NCBI GenBank assembly: GCA_016793885.1
Contig: JAEUHE010000079.1
Span: forward strand, 36,234-100,233
Reading direction: 5' to 3'
Source of the DNA: Verrucomicrobiales bacterium
Lineage (GTDB): Bacteria > Verrucomicrobiota > Verrucomicrobiia > Limisphaerales > UBA11320
DNA: 64,000 nt
The notes under the pieces were generated by a model, which was given only the letters and a program-made list of their open reading frames with translations, was not told the origin of the DNA and searched no databases. This document shows positions 11,773 through 21,988 of the stretch, one piece after another; positions within the stretch are counted from its first letter, which is position 1, and each line of letters starts with the position of its first letter. The position numbers and the translations under genes were made by a program.

Positions 11773-12570
11773 TCAACGCGAGGCGGAGGCCGGGGTCGGC
11801 GGCGCGACTCGGGAGAGCCGACGAGGGAGAAACCGATACAGCACCACCCCCACCGCCAAAATTCCGACGCTCAGAAGCTGCGCTGGGGTGAGGATCCCTC
11901 CGATGTAGCGCTGCGGATAGTCCCCGCGAAAGAGCTCGGTCAGTGATCGAGCGATGGGATACAGGATCAGCCACAGGGCAAAAATCTGGCCATCGAAGCG
12001 CTTGTGTCGATAGGCGTATTCCAGTCCCCCATAGACGGCGAGATTGATCAACGAGTCGTAGATCTGAGTGGGATGGACGGAGGTGCCGAAGGTGGGGTGA
12101 TCGGATGGAAAATGAATCCCCCAGGGCAGCGAGCACGCCTTGCCGTAGCAACAACCGGTCATGAGGCAGCCGATTCGACCAAATGCGCTACCCAGCGAGA
12201 TGCTGGGGGCTAACATATCCGCCAGCCTCCACAACGGTTCCCGCTTCAGCCAGCAATAGAGGATCACGGCCAAACACGAACCGATAAAGCCGCCGTAAAA
12301 CACCAGCCCGCCTTGGCGGATGTTGAGAACCGCCAGCCACGATTTGGACGCGAACTCTTCCTCCCAATAGGAGGTGACGTAAAGGGTCCTGGCTCCGATC
12401 AGGGCCCCGAGCAAGATCCACAACCCCACATCATAGGCCTTGTCCGGAGCGAAGCGATCGAGCAGACCGCGACGGCTCGCCGTCCAGAGCCCCATCAGGC
12501 ATCCGAGTCCGACGAAGACTCCGTACCAGTGAATGGTGAACGAGCCGAGTTCAAGAGCGATTTTGTGCAC
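11773..12570 (-). CDS. lgt: Prolipoprotein diacylglyceryl transferase
   Basis: Polytopic 265-aa protein with the Lgt signature HPTQIYDS. It lies 3 nt upstream of miaA. Confidence 0.92.
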   Translation of the reverse strand: MHKIALELGSFTIHWYGVFVGLGCLMGLWTASRRGLLDRFAPDKAYDVGLWILLGALIGARTLYVTSYWEEEFASKSWLAVLNIRQGGLVFYGGFIGSCLAVILYCWLKREPLWRLADMLAPSISLGSAFGRIGCLMTGCCYGKACSLPWGIHFPSDHPTFGTSVHPTQIYDSLINLAVYGGLEYAYRHKRFDGQIFALWLILYPIARSLTELFRGDYPQRYIGGILTPAQLLSVGILAVGVVLYRFLPRRLSRVAPPTPASASR

Positions 12571-12749
12571 GTGGGATTCAAACTAGGGAGAGAACGTTGG
12601 AAGTTCAATCCGAACCCGTGGCCCGGCCCGGGAACGAGTCAGCGAGTCCAGAAGTCAGCAGGAAGGCTCTCACACTGATTTCCAACCATATGTCGCGACC
12701 TTCCCACCCGATCTCCAAACCAGGCCTCACTGACTCTTTCCCCGAAGCC

Positions 12750-13757
12750 TCATCGCGTCGCGGCATACCCATGGCCGGGCTGTGGCAACGCCCCTGTCTT
12801 CGTCCCTGAAGCGGAACGGGGCTGAGGGAGCGGCGGCGGCTTAGGCACGGATGCCGACAGCTTCCGCCACACCTCACGCTCCGATTCCGACATCTTTTTC
12901 CAGCGTTCCCACGCCTGCAGCAGCCGCGCCTGCTCAGCCGGTTCCAGCTGGGCATAACGCTGCCATCCCGCGAGGCACTGTTCACGCTCCTGATGCGAGA
13001 GCTGGCGCAGCCCCTCGACGAGCCGGGCGGTCGGAACACGATTGGATTCCGCGACCGCGGCTACCACCCGTTGCTGATCCCGAACACTCATCTCGAACAT
13101 CTGTCGAGCCCCACGCCAGGCCTGTTCGCGCTCGGCTGAGCTCATGGACCTCCAATGGGCCAGCGCCTGCTCGCGGCTGGTACGCTCGGCGGGAGGAACC
13201 GAGTTGAGCAGATCCTTGCGCTGATCCTCGCTGGCGCTTTCGTAGCGGGTCAACCACCGGAAGGTGGCCTCGCGCTCACGCACGCTCCTTTGAATTTCAA
13301 CCGGGAGCAGATTCCAGAGCCGAAGCCGCTCCTCGCACAGCGGGCGATATTCCACTGGAACTTGGGTCAACCAGGCCGCTCTCACCGCCACAGGCGCATT
13401 CATCAACAGATTCATGAGGTGATGAAACTCCAGAGCACGCAGCTTGGCCTCACGATCCGCGTCGGACAGCAACCGATATTCCTGGAGCTTGTGCTGGATC
13501 ACGGCGCGACTCGCCGCCGGCCGTGCTTCCAGAAGCCGGACCTGCTCGTCGGCCGAGGCAGTCAGCAGGACACGAAAGAAGCGCACTGGAGAGTTGGTGG
13601 GAAAGGGTAAGGCCCCCGACAGCTGAGCCGTTCGGGTATCCACGACCGCTGGCGGAAGCGCTGGCGCGGCAGCCGACAACGTCGACGTGAGCGCACAGAC
13701 TCCGGCAGTCCGAACCAACCAACCTGCCCACCGAGAATATGAGGAAAGGAAAGACAT
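12750..13757 (-). CDS. Secreted repeat protein, DUF3106-like (repeated Trp/Arg-containing helical motifs)
   Basis: Signal peptide, then repeated ...ER..L..W..L..EER... units (AWRGARQMFE, CLAGWQRYAQLEPAEQARLLQAWERWKK). It sits directly downstream of the anti-sigma/ECF sigma pair. Confidence 0.55.
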   Translation of the reverse strand: MSFLSSYSRWAGWLVRTAGVCALTSTLSAAAPALPPAVVDTRTAQLSGALPFPTNSPVRFFRVLLTASADEQVRLLEARPAASRAVIQHKLQEYRLLSDADREAKLRALEFHHLMNLLMNAPVAVRAAWLTQVPVEYRPLCEERLRLWNLLPVEIQRSVREREATFRWLTRYESASEDQRKDLLNSVPPAERTSREQALAHWRSMSSAEREQAWRGARQMFEMSVRDQQRVVAAVAESNRVPTARLVEGLRQLSHQEREQCLAGWQRYAQLEPAEQARLLQAWERWKKMSESEREVWRKLSASVPKPPPLPQPRSASGTKTGALPQPGHGYAATR

Positions 13758-13771
13758 AACTTAGACGAGTT

Positions 13772-14272
13772 CTATTGAAGGGCCGCTAGCAACTCGACAT
13801 CCACGGAGCTCGGGGTCTCCACCAATAACTTCAAGGTGTCGAGTTCCTGAAGCATCTCCGGGTCCGGGATGGATGCCGCCTTAAAGACCTGCTGCACCTC
13901 CGCGGCCACCTGAGTACGCTGACGGGTCTGATACCGTTGCCATCCAGACAAACCCACCGTCAAGACGAGGGCTGCCACCGCAAACCGAGGAATCCAGGCA
14001 CGCCAGTCCCGAAGAGAGGCCGTGGCGGCCACCGGACGCCGCGAGGCCGCCTCTTGGCGATCGATCTCCCTCCAAACCTGGGACATGAAGTGGGAGGGCA
14101 CCGGCACATCCGGCAGGCTCACCACGCCCCGCGCCGCCTGCAGTTCCAACTCCACCTCAGCCCGCCGGTCCGGGTGCTGGGAACACCACCCCTCAATTTC
14201 CCCCCGCTCAGCACGGGTCAGCGGCCGACGCCATGCCGCTTCCATCAGTTCTTGGAGTTCATGTTCATTCAT
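13772..14272 (-). CDS. Putative anti-sigma factor (single-pass membrane protein)
   Basis: 166 aa. The N-terminal cytoplasmic helix has a conserved Trp (EAAWRRPLT). One transmembrane segment (FAVAALVLTVGLSGW). Immediately downstream of the ECF sigma gene. Confidence 0.55.
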   Translation of the reverse strand: MNEHELQELMEAAWRRPLTRAERGEIEGWCSQHPDRRAEVELELQAARGVVSLPDVPVPSHFMSQVWREIDRQEAASRRPVAATASLRDWRAWIPRFAVAALVLTVGLSGWQRYQTRQRTQVAAEVQQVFKAASIPDPEMLQELDTLKLLVETPSSVDVELLAALQ

Positions 14273-14336
14273 ACGGATACCTCTCGATAAAAAACCAGGC
14301 CGGAGCCAAAGTTGCGACGGATGAGTGGGAGCCCCC

Positions 14337-14966
14337 TCATTTGACCCTCCAATCCCCGGTTCGCAAATAGGGCTTGAGCCTTTGTTTCAGGGTCTCACGA
14401 CCCCGGAAAATGATAGATTTGGTGGCGGAGAGGGTGATCCCGAGAATCTGTGCCATCTGCTCGTAGGACAGTTCATCCTCCCGACACAATAGCAGGGCGG
14501 TCCGCTGGGTTTCCGGAAGGTCGCGGATCGCCTCCTCCACTTTGTCGGCCAATTCCACGGAACTCAAATGATCCGGAGCCGAAGGTGCTTTGGGGTCCGC
14601 GTACTGGGGGGCCGGTTGATCGTCCCCAGGACGGTCGGAGGTGTCCAAAGAATCGGCGGGGTGGCGTGACCTTCGGCGGATCTCGTTCAAGCACAGGTTC
14701 CGCGCAATGGTGAACAGCCAAGTGGTGAACCGGGCCGATGCCTCGTAGCGAGCAGCCGATTTCCATACCTGCACAAAGGTCTGTTGCGCAATGTCCTCCG
14801 CCTCCGCTTCGTCCCGAAGTGTGCGGGCAACGAAGTTGAGGACCGGCTGCCGGTATTTGGTTACCAGCGCCTCAAAAGCCTCCCGATCCCCCTCCCTGAC
14901 TTGAACCATCAGGGTGGCGTCCGAGTCGTAACAGTCAGCCATGACTTGCACCATCCTACCGAACAC
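14337..14966 (-). CDS. RNA polymerase sigma-70 family ECF sigma factor
   Basis: Region 2 (DIAQQTFVQVWKSAARYEASARFTTWLFTIARN) and region 4 HTH (LSYEQMAQILGITLSATKSIIFRGRETLK). A Pro-rich linker separates them. Confidence 0.85.
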   Translation of the reverse strand: MFGRMVQVMADCYDSDATLMVQVREGDREAFEALVTKYRQPVLNFVARTLRDEAEAEDIAQQTFVQVWKSAARYEASARFTTWLFTIARNLCLNEIRRRSRHPADSLDTSDRPGDDQPAPQYADPKAPSAPDHLSSVELADKVEEAIRDLPETQRTALLLCREDELSYEQMAQILGITLSATKSIIFRGRETLKQRLKPYLRTGDWRVK

Positions 14967-15112
14967 CGGACCCGAAACAAGGTTGCGGAAAGACTTTTGC
15001 GACGGCCCGGCAGCCGTAAATCCACAGAAGTCGGCTCAAGCGGCGCGAGATCCAGCCGATCAAACCGCATGTCCTTTGATGGGACACCGACCGACGCGAA
15101 CACGACTAAGAG

Positions 15113-16576
15113 ATGGAGACTACTGCTGTCATACTTGTGGTGGATGATGAGCCCGCCAACCAAAGGCTGCTCCAAGGTATCCTTCGCTCGGAGGGCTATC
15201 AGATCGAGATGGCATCCAACGGGATCGAAGGGCTAGAGCGCGCCCGTGCCATCCGTCCCGATGTCATGCTCCTCGACGTCATGATGCCGCAAATGGACGG
15301 ATTCGAGGTCTGCCATCACGTCCGACGCGACCCTTCCCTCAGTCAAATGCCCATCATCATGATCACCGCCATGGATGATCGGGACGGCCGGACGCGAGCC
15401 ATCGAGGCAGGTGCCGATGACCTGCTGACCAAACCGGTGGATCGTTTTGAAGTGCGCATGCGGGTCCGAAGCATCGCCCGGTTGAATCGCTTTCGGCGTT
15501 TCCAGGAAGAGCGCCACAAGTTTGAGAAGATTGCCGAACTGTCACGCGATGGCTATGTGCTGGTCAACGAGGCCGGACTCGTAGTCTATGGCAATCCCGA
15601 GGCACGGAGGATACTACGATTGCCGGCCGAACAGTCGGCGGGCCAGGAGCCGCGCTTTTTGGAATGCTTGCAGGCAGTCTTTGCCTCCGACCCCGAGCAC
15701 GCCAATGTTCCATGGCAATCGGCGCTGGATCCGAACCGCACGGCACCCTTCCGGGTGGTCCAGCCCGAAACGGACCAGGGCAATGCCTTCTGGCTGCAGG
15801 TAGACGTACTTCCTTCCGGCACCACCAAGCTGGACGGCGTTCTTCTCCGCCTTTCCGATGCCAGCACCCAAATGACCCTGCAGCGCGACCTGTGGAAATT
15901 CCACACCCAGCTGGCGCACAAATTTCGCACGCCACTGGTCGGGCTGGTGGGGTCACTCGACCTGCTCGCCAGCGACGGGACGCTCATGGAGAAACCCGAA
16001 TCGCGGGAGCTCCTGGAAATTTCAAAGCTGTGCGTGAGCCAACTGCAGGAGCATGTCGAAGACGTGTTGCAATTTTTGGAAGCCCCGTCCTTGGGACGGC
16101 AGGGCGAGAAATTCAAGGTCGGTGACGTTCCAGACCTCGTCCGCCATGTCGCCCAGCAAGCCAGTGTCGCGGAGGTCACCATCGACATCCCCTCCGAGCT
16201 GGAAGAGAAGGAGGTTTGCCTGTCGCAGGCAGCGCTGGAACTGTCCCTCGCCGAGCTTTTTCAGAATGCCAAAAAGTTCCATCCCCGGCAGACCCCACGG
16301 CTGGAGGTGTCGCTTCGGGCCTTGAACTCGTCGCGACTGGTGCTCCGGGTGACCGACGATGGACAGGCGTTGCCGCCAGACCGCTTAAGCAAGGTCTGGA
16401 TCCCCTACTACCAGAGCGAGAAGTTGCCCACCGGAGAAGTGGCCGGAATGGGCCTGGGTCTCTCGACGGTTGCCGCCATCATGCGAGAGCAGGGAGGCAC
16501 CTGCCGGCTGCAGAATCGCCAGGATGGCCCGGGGGTCACGGTGGAAATTCAGATGAATGTTGCGTATGACAAATAA
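15113..16576 (+). CDS. Hybrid sensor histidine kinase, receiver-first architecture (REC, PAS-like, HisKA, HATPase_c)
   Basis: REC domain (VVDDEP...LLDVMMPQMDGFE...TKP), H-box LAHKFRTPLVGLVG, and G-box GMGLGLSTVAAIMREQGGT. Confidence 0.8.
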   Translation: METTAVILVVDDEPANQRLLQGILRSEGYQIEMASNGIEGLERARAIRPDVMLLDVMMPQMDGFEVCHHVRRDPSLSQMPIIMITAMDDRDGRTRAIEAGADDLLTKPVDRFEVRMRVRSIARLNRFRRFQEERHKFEKIAELSRDGYVLVNEAGLVVYGNPEARRILRLPAEQSAGQEPRFLECLQAVFASDPEHANVPWQSALDPNRTAPFRVVQPETDQGNAFWLQVDVLPSGTTKLDGVLLRLSDASTQMTLQRDLWKFHTQLAHKFRTPLVGLVGSLDLLASDGTLMEKPESRELLEISKLCVSQLQEHVEDVLQFLEAPSLGRQGEKFKVGDVPDLVRHVAQQASVAEVTIDIPSELEEKEVCLSQAALELSLAELFQNAKKFHPRQTPRLEVSLRALNSSRLVLRVTDDGQALPPDRLSKVWIPYYQSEKLPTGEVAGMGLGLSTVAAIMREQGGTCRLQNRQDGPGVTVEIQMNVAYDK

Positions 16577-17921
16577 CGCGAGCAAAGTTTTAATTGCAGA
16601 CGACGAGCCGCCCAATCGCGAACTCCTCCGCGCCCTCCTGTCACCCCAGGGTTACGAGCTCTTCTTCGCAGTGAACGGAGCGGACGCGGTGGAGAAAGCC
16701 ATCCAAGTCCGGCCCGACCTCATCCTTCTGGACGTGATGATGCCGGAGTTGAACGGCTGGGAAGCGTGCCTCAAAATACGCAGCTATCCGGAGCTGGCAG
16801 AGATTCCTATCGTCATGATCACCGCCCTCGACGATCGGACCTCACGGCTGCGCGGCCTGGACGCGGGAGCAGACGATTTCTTGACCAAACCGTTCGATCG
16901 CGAGGAATTGACGGTCCGGGTTCGCGGGATCACGCGCATGAACCGCTACCGCCTCCTGACGCAGGAACGGGAGAAGTTCGAGCAGATCATCTATCTCGCT
17001 CCGGACGCGATTCTCATTGTCGACTGGCAGGCCAAGGTCCGGTTGGCCAACCGTGCTGCGCAGCTGCTGCTCACCGGGGCGGAGACCAAAACCCTGCCCA
17101 GCCAGACACTCATACAGCTGCTGGCACCTGGAGAAGCGACCCGTCTCAGCGACCCGCTAGGCGAACTGTTTGCCGGTGGATCAGAGCGGCTGCTGTTGGA
17201 GACAGAGTTGCTGAGTGCCGAGGGTAAACCGATCCCGGTGTCGGTGTCGGCCCGCTACTTTCCCTGGGATTCACAACCGGCGGTCCAGCTGAACATCCGC
17301 GAAAAGCCGGCCGCGGCCAATTCTCCAGATCGAGCGCGGGAAGCCGCTGGGCAGGCACGTCAACTGGCTTGTTCCTTTGCACGCGAGGTGGAACACCTGC
17401 TCCAGCCGTCCGCATCCCAAACCGCCCCGCCCACGCAACCTTCCTGGCGCAACTGCATGCAACAAATCGGACAGTTATGCCAGCAGCTCCAGGCTCTGTC
17501 GCAAGAAGCGGAGTCCAAGCCGCAGCGCTCCACACAGGGCCCCGAAACGGTGCTGCTGGCAGTCCCGTCCGAATCCTGGCGAGCCTTGGCGACCGCCGTC
17601 TTGTCGGAGGCCGGTTTCACTGTCAGATCCGCCAGCGACCCCGCCAACGCGGTGGCGATCCTGACCTCGGGGGGCCCTCGAGCGGATCTGGTGATTGTGG
17701 ATCAGGAATGGATCCCGGAATCGGAACCGCTGGTGGCAGGGGCTTCGAACCTGGCTGCTCCCAACTGGATTGTGCTAAGCCGCGAACCCCAGCCATTGCT
17801 TCCGAGCTGGCTTTCCGCCCGCGCGCCAGAAACCCTTACATTGCCCGTGTCGGGAGCACTGCTTCAGCAGACGTTGCTCAACCTCCATCCAGGCCGCGAT
17901 GAGCGGGCGAAGGCAGCCTAG
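16557..17921 (+). CDS. Response regulator (REC plus PAS-like) with a C-terminal degenerate pseudo-receiver; tandem paralog of the previous gene
   Basis: Its REC domain is about 50% identical to the upstream gene's REC (LIADDEP...LLDVMMPELNGWE...TKP). It has no HisKA or HATPase. The C-terminal segment ...LVIVDQEW... is receiver-like but lacks the acidic pocket. Its start overlaps the previous stop. Confidence 0.75.
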   Translation: MLRMTNNASKVLIADDEPPNRELLRALLSPQGYELFFAVNGADAVEKAIQVRPDLILLDVMMPELNGWEACLKIRSYPELAEIPIVMITALDDRTSRLRGLDAGADDFLTKPFDREELTVRVRGITRMNRYRLLTQEREKFEQIIYLAPDAILIVDWQAKVRLANRAAQLLLTGAETKTLPSQTLIQLLAPGEATRLSDPLGELFAGGSERLLLETELLSAEGKPIPVSVSARYFPWDSQPAVQLNIREKPAAANSPDRAREAAGQARQLACSFAREVEHLLQPSASQTAPPTQPSWRNCMQQIGQLCQQLQALSQEAESKPQRSTQGPETVLLAVPSESWRALATAVLSEAGFTVRSASDPANAVAILTSGGPRADLVIVDQEWIPESEPLVAGASNLAAPNWIVLSREPQPLLPSWLSARAPETLTLPVSGALLQQTLLNLHPGRDERAKAA

Positions 17922-17926
17922 GCCGC

Positions 17927-19447
17927 TCACCGGCTGGCGTGGATAGCGTCGGCGTGGTATTCGATGCGCACGATCTGGGTGTCCTTGTTGCTGCCCCAGG
18001 CGGTGCCGTATTCGATCAGGTACAGGCATCCGTCGGCCCCCAGCTCCATATCCATCGGGCGCTTGAAACTCATCTTGGGACAAAAGCGCTCCATGCGAAG
18101 CTTGCCGTCCGGCCCCTTGGCCACGTTCCCCTTCTCGTCGAGATACACCGCCGTGATCCAGTTGCGCGACCACTCATAGATGAAGAGCGTTCGATCAAAT
18201 TCCTCGGGCAGCTTATGGGGCGATTTTAAATTCTTGTCGAAGTAATAGACCGGCCCGGCCATCGCGGTCCGCCCGCCCCCTGCGTTCAGCACCGGGAACT
18301 TCGCCGATTGGCCCGGAGGATAGGAAATCCAAGCCGGTTGGGCGGGAGGAAGCTCCTCGATCCCGGTGTTGTTCGGAGAACGGTTGATGGGTTTGGCGGC
18401 CTCGAATCGAAAATCGTTGGTTTTCTTGACGAAGTCCCAATGCCAATAGCTGCGGTTCTCGCCGACAAAATAAGGCCAGCCAAAGAATCCGGCCGCGCGG
18501 GCCTGATTCACTTCATCGTGACCGGCCGGTCCCCGCGATTCATTGGCACCACCCGCGTCCGGTCCGACATCTCCCCAGTAAAGATAGCCCGTGCGCTGAT
18601 CCACCTGGATTCGAAATGGGTTGCGACATCCCATGACGTAGATTTCCGGCCGGGTCTTGGGAGTGCCGGGCGGGAACAGATTCCCGGAAGGGATCGTGTA
18701 GCCACCCTCCGCCTTCGGAGTGATGCGAACAATCTTGCCGCGCAGATCGTTCGCGTTCGATGCCGACTTCTGAGCGTCCCAAGGGGACCGCCCGGGACGT
18801 TCATCCACCGGCGCAAAGCCGTCGGATTCGAACGGATTGGTATTATCCCCGATCGACATGTACAGATTCCCGCTGGCGTCGAACGCGAGCGAGCCACCCA
18901 CATGACAGCACTGCTCCCGCTGCGTTGGGACGTCGATGATTGGCGTTTCCGAAGCCGGATCAAGAGCCTCTCCCCGGAGTACGAACCGCGAGACCCGGAT
19001 CAGGCCGGCTTTGCTTCCGGGCGTGGTGCTGGTGTGCTCGGGCAGCGATCGGTTCAGATAAACCCAGCCATTGGACAAGAAATTCGGATCGAGCGTCATG
19101 CCGAGCAAGCCATCCTCCAGGCCGCGGAAGACTCCGAATTTTCCGATGACCACCGTTTCCTGATTGGCCGGCTTCCACATTTTGACCAACCCGTCACGCT
19201 CCACCCAAAACACACGTCCGTCCTTGGCCACGGACAGCTCCATCGGGTCGATGATCGTATCCTGGACCTCTCCTCCCGCCGCGGGGGGGCGATCCGAATC
19301 CAAAATGACTTTACGGAAGGCCCCGTCGGATTGGGGGCCAGACGGCGCAGGTGCCGGAGCATCGGCAGCCACGCAGACCAGAGGAAAGCGCATCCCGACG
19401 GCCAAAGCCAGGGACGCGAACGTGAGGCGAACGAAAGGTTTATTCAT
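17927..19447 (-). CDS. Glucose/sorbosone dehydrogenase-like beta-propeller protein (secreted)
   Basis: Signal peptide MNKPFVRLTFASLALAVG, then GSDH-like motifs (DGRVFWVERDG, GLLGMTLDPNF, NGWVYL). The longer ORF extending to 19519 is probably an over-extension. Confidence 0.8.
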   Translation of the reverse strand: MNKPFVRLTFASLALAVGMRFPLVCVAADAPAPAPSGPQSDGAFRKVILDSDRPPAAGGEVQDTIIDPMELSVAKDGRVFWVERDGLVKMWKPANQETVVIGKFGVFRGLEDGLLGMTLDPNFLSNGWVYLNRSLPEHTSTTPGSKAGLIRVSRFVLRGEALDPASETPIIDVPTQREQCCHVGGSLAFDASGNLYMSIGDNTNPFESDGFAPVDERPGRSPWDAQKSASNANDLRGKIVRITPKAEGGYTIPSGNLFPPGTPKTRPEIYVMGCRNPFRIQVDQRTGYLYWGDVGPDAGGANESRGPAGHDEVNQARAAGFFGWPYFVGENRSYWHWDFVKKTNDFRFEAAKPINRSPNNTGIEELPPAQPAWISYPPGQSAKFPVLNAGGGRTAMAGPVYYFDKNLKSPHKLPEEFDRTLFIYEWSRNWITAVYLDEKGNVAKGPDGKLRMERFCPKMSFKRPMDMELGADGCLYLIEYGTAWGSNKDTQIVRIEYHADAIHASR

Positions 19448-19635
19448 CAAGCACAGTTTGGACTGGGGAGCAGGGAAGAAATTCAAAGCGGATGGCTGAG
19501 TCATTGACGAGGAAACCACATCAATCCCAACACTTTCTCAGTTTGGCCTTGCAGCGACTTGTTTCGTTGTTAGATTCGCCGCTCTTTCTGCCCCCGGCAG
19601 CACCGGGCAACAAACAAATCGGTACTCGATCAATC

Positions 19636-20580
19636 GTGAAAGTCTTTAGCGGTAACTCGAATCTGCCTTTGGCCCGCGCGATCGCGGCGTCCATTGGGGT
19701 CGAACTCGGCCGATCCACGGTCAACACTTTCCCCGATGGGGAGACGTTCGTGAAGATCGAAGAGAACGTGCGTGGCGAAGATGTGTTCGTGGTGCAATCG
19801 ACCAGCCCGCCCACGAATCACCATCTCATGGAGATGTTCATCATGATTGATGCGCTCCGTCGTGCCAGCGCCTCACGAATCACCGCCGTGGTGCCGTTTT
19901 ATGGCTATGCCCGGCAGGACCGGAAAGACCAGCCGCGAGTGCCGATTACAGCGAAACTCGTCGCCAACCTGATGGTGGCGGCCGGGACACACCGCGTCCT
20001 GGCCATGGATCTTCATGCCCAACAGATCCAAGGCTTTTTCGATATCCCGGTTGACCACCTGTATGCCGCGCCGGTGATTTACGAGTATCTCAAGACCCAG
20101 AATCTTAAGGACTTAGTGGTAGTGAGCCCGGATGTCGGGGGACTGAAGATGGCCTATGCTTACTCACAAGCCCTTGAGGCCGAGCTAGCTATCGTTGCCA
20201 AGCGCCGAAAAAACCCGCATGAAGTGGAATCCACGGCCATTATCGGCGACGTGGCGGGCAAGAACGTTCTCATGGTTGATGATTTGACCGAAACCGCCGG
20301 CACCCTCTCCAGTGCCACCGAACTTTTGCGCAAGAGTGGAGCCAAGGAAATCCGCGCTTGTGTCACCCATGCGCTGCTGGGCGACCTGGGAATTGAACGG
20401 TTACGAAAATCAAAGATTGACGAACTGATAACGACTGATACCGTCTCTCGCCCTCCGATAGACGGGGTTAAGATCACCACGTTATCGGTTGCTGGACTGT
20501 TAGGCGAGGCAATCAAACGAATTAACAGCAATTCGTCAGTGACCTCGCTGTTTGAGTTTAAGGGTGGGCGAACCAGCTGA
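19636..20580 (+). CDS. prs: Ribose-phosphate pyrophosphokinase
   Basis: VKVFSGNSNLPLA start region, GEDVFVVQST, ARQDRK, and the PRPP-binding loop. The GTG at 19636 gives the canonical 314-aa length. The ATG at 19492 adds 48 non-conserved residues. Confidence 0.9.
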   Translation: MKVFSGNSNLPLARAIAASIGVELGRSTVNTFPDGETFVKIEENVRGEDVFVVQSTSPPTNHHLMEMFIMIDALRRASASRITAVVPFYGYARQDRKDQPRVPITAKLVANLMVAAGTHRVLAMDLHAQQIQGFFDIPVDHLYAAPVIYEYLKTQNLKDLVVVSPDVGGLKMAYAYSQALEAELAIVAKRRKNPHEVESTAIIGDVAGKNVLMVDDLTETAGTLSSATELLRKSGAKEIRACVTHALLGDLGIERLRKSKIDELITTDTVSRPPIDGVKITTLSVAGLLGEAIKRINSNSSVTSLFEFKGGRTS

Positions 20581-20608
20581 TGCTGGCGCTCTAAATTGGA
20601 AACGCACG

Positions 20609-21343
20609 ATGAAATCTGTTCCGCTTAACGCATATCCGCGCACGGCAGCACGCCGCAGCGGGGTCAAGAAACTTCGCGAAAATGGCCGAGTTCCTGCCGT
20701 AATTTACGGTCGGATCGGACAACCGCAGAACCTGGAATTGAACACCAAGGAAATCGAGACGGTGATCCACCACTCGATCTCTGAGAACGTTCTGGTTGAC
20801 CTCGCTGTCGCTCAAGACACGGCGCGGCCCAAACGGCTCGCTCTGGTCCAGGAGGTGCAGCATCACCCCATCAACGGGGAAGTGCTCCACGTTGATTTTC
20901 ATGAAGTCGCCGAAAACGAGAAGGTGACGATCACCGTGCCTGTGGAGGCGACGGGTGAGGCCACGGGCGTCAAGAACGGCGGCGGAACGTTGGAGCATGT
21001 GCTCCACCGCCTCAAGGTTCGCGCCCTCCCGAAGGATCTTCCCGAAGTGATCCACGTGGATGTCAGCGCCCTCGAGGTCGGCAAGTCCGTCCACATCGGC
21101 GAGATCACAGCTCCGGCGGGCGTAGAGCTGCTGGGCGACAAGAAGCTGCCCGTGTTCGCGGTGGCCGCGCCAGTGACCGAAGCTCAGGAAGCCGAAGCCG
21201 CAGCTGCGGCCGGCGGAACCGGCGAAGTCGAGATGATCAAGGAAAAGAAGGAAGATGGAGCCGAAGGCGGTGCTGCTGCGAAAGCGGGAGACAAGGCTGC
21301 CGACAAGGGCGGGGACAAAAAGCCCGCCGACAAGAAGAAGTAA
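20609..21343 (+). CDS. rplY: 50S ribosomal protein L25 / general stress protein Ctc
   Basis: MKSVPLNAYPRTAARRSGVKKLRENGRVPAVIYG is a typical L25/Ctc N-terminus. The tail is long, Ala/Lys-rich and acidic. Confidence 0.88.
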   Translation: MKSVPLNAYPRTAARRSGVKKLRENGRVPAVIYGRIGQPQNLELNTKEIETVIHHSISENVLVDLAVAQDTARPKRLALVQEVQHHPINGEVLHVDFHEVAENEKVTITVPVEATGEATGVKNGGGTLEHVLHRLKVRALPKDLPEVIHVDVSALEVGKSVHIGEITAPAGVELLGDKKLPVFAVAAPVTEAQEAEAAAAAGGTGEVEMIKEKKEDGAEGGAAAKAGDKAADKGGDKKPADKKK

Positions 21344-21382
21344 TCGGCCCCGGCTTTCGACTCGGATTAACCGAGAATCGAG

Positions 21383-21973
21383 GTGGACGAGCTCTACCTT
21401 ATCGCCGGCCTTGGGAATCCAGGCCGGGACTACGAACGAACCCGTCACAACGCCGGGTTTCTTGTGGTTGAAAAGTTTTGCGAGCAATTCCGCGGTTCAT
21501 GGATTGCTGAGAAACGATTTACTGCCCGGGTGGCGCGAGTTAATCTCGATGCCCGGGCGGTGCTCTTGTGTGAGCCGCTCACGTATATGAATGTGAGCGG
21601 GGAAGCGGTAGGCAAGCTCATCAGCTACTTTCGCATCCCTTTGGATCGGTTTATCGCGGTGGTGGACGATGCAGATCTGGCTTTGGGGCAAATTCGCCTG
21701 CGACCCAGTGGCAGCAGCGGCGGTCATCACGGGCTGGATTCGATCGAAAGCCACCTCGGAACCCGAGATTACGCCCGGTTGAGGGTGGGAATCGGCCGGA
21801 CAGCGGACGGGCGCCGTGACATCGCCAACCACGTGTTGGGTAAATTCGGTGCCAATGAAGAGTCGGTATTGGGGCAAGTGCAGGATCGATGCTGTCGGCA
21901 GCTGCAGTGCTGGGTCTCCGAAGGCATCGGCAAAGCGATGAGTCAATTTAATGGGGCCGTGGGCCCCGCATGA
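21383..21973 (+). CDS. pth: Peptidyl-tRNA hydrolase
   Basis: LIAGLGNPGRDYERTRHNAGF is the Pth signature. GTG start. Confidence 0.9.
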   Translation: MDELYLIAGLGNPGRDYERTRHNAGFLVVEKFCEQFRGSWIAEKRFTARVARVNLDARAVLLCEPLTYMNVSGEAVGKLISYFRIPLDRFIAVVDDADLALGQIRLRPSGSSGGHHGLDSIESHLGTRDYARLRVGIGRTADGRRDIANHVLGKFGANEESVLGQVQDRCCRQLQCWVSEGIGKAMSQFNGAVGPA

Positions 21974-21988
21974 AAAAAAGGCAATAGA

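Noticed and set aside
18308-19507. 399-aa plus-strand ORF
   Set aside because: It is antisense to the GSDH-like propeller gene. It is a shadow ORF.
19448-19635. Longer starts for the GSDH-like gene (19519) and for prs (19492)
   Set aside because: The extra residues are not conserved or signal-like. Choosing 19447 (signal peptide Met) and 19636 (canonical Prs length) removes the divergent overlap.
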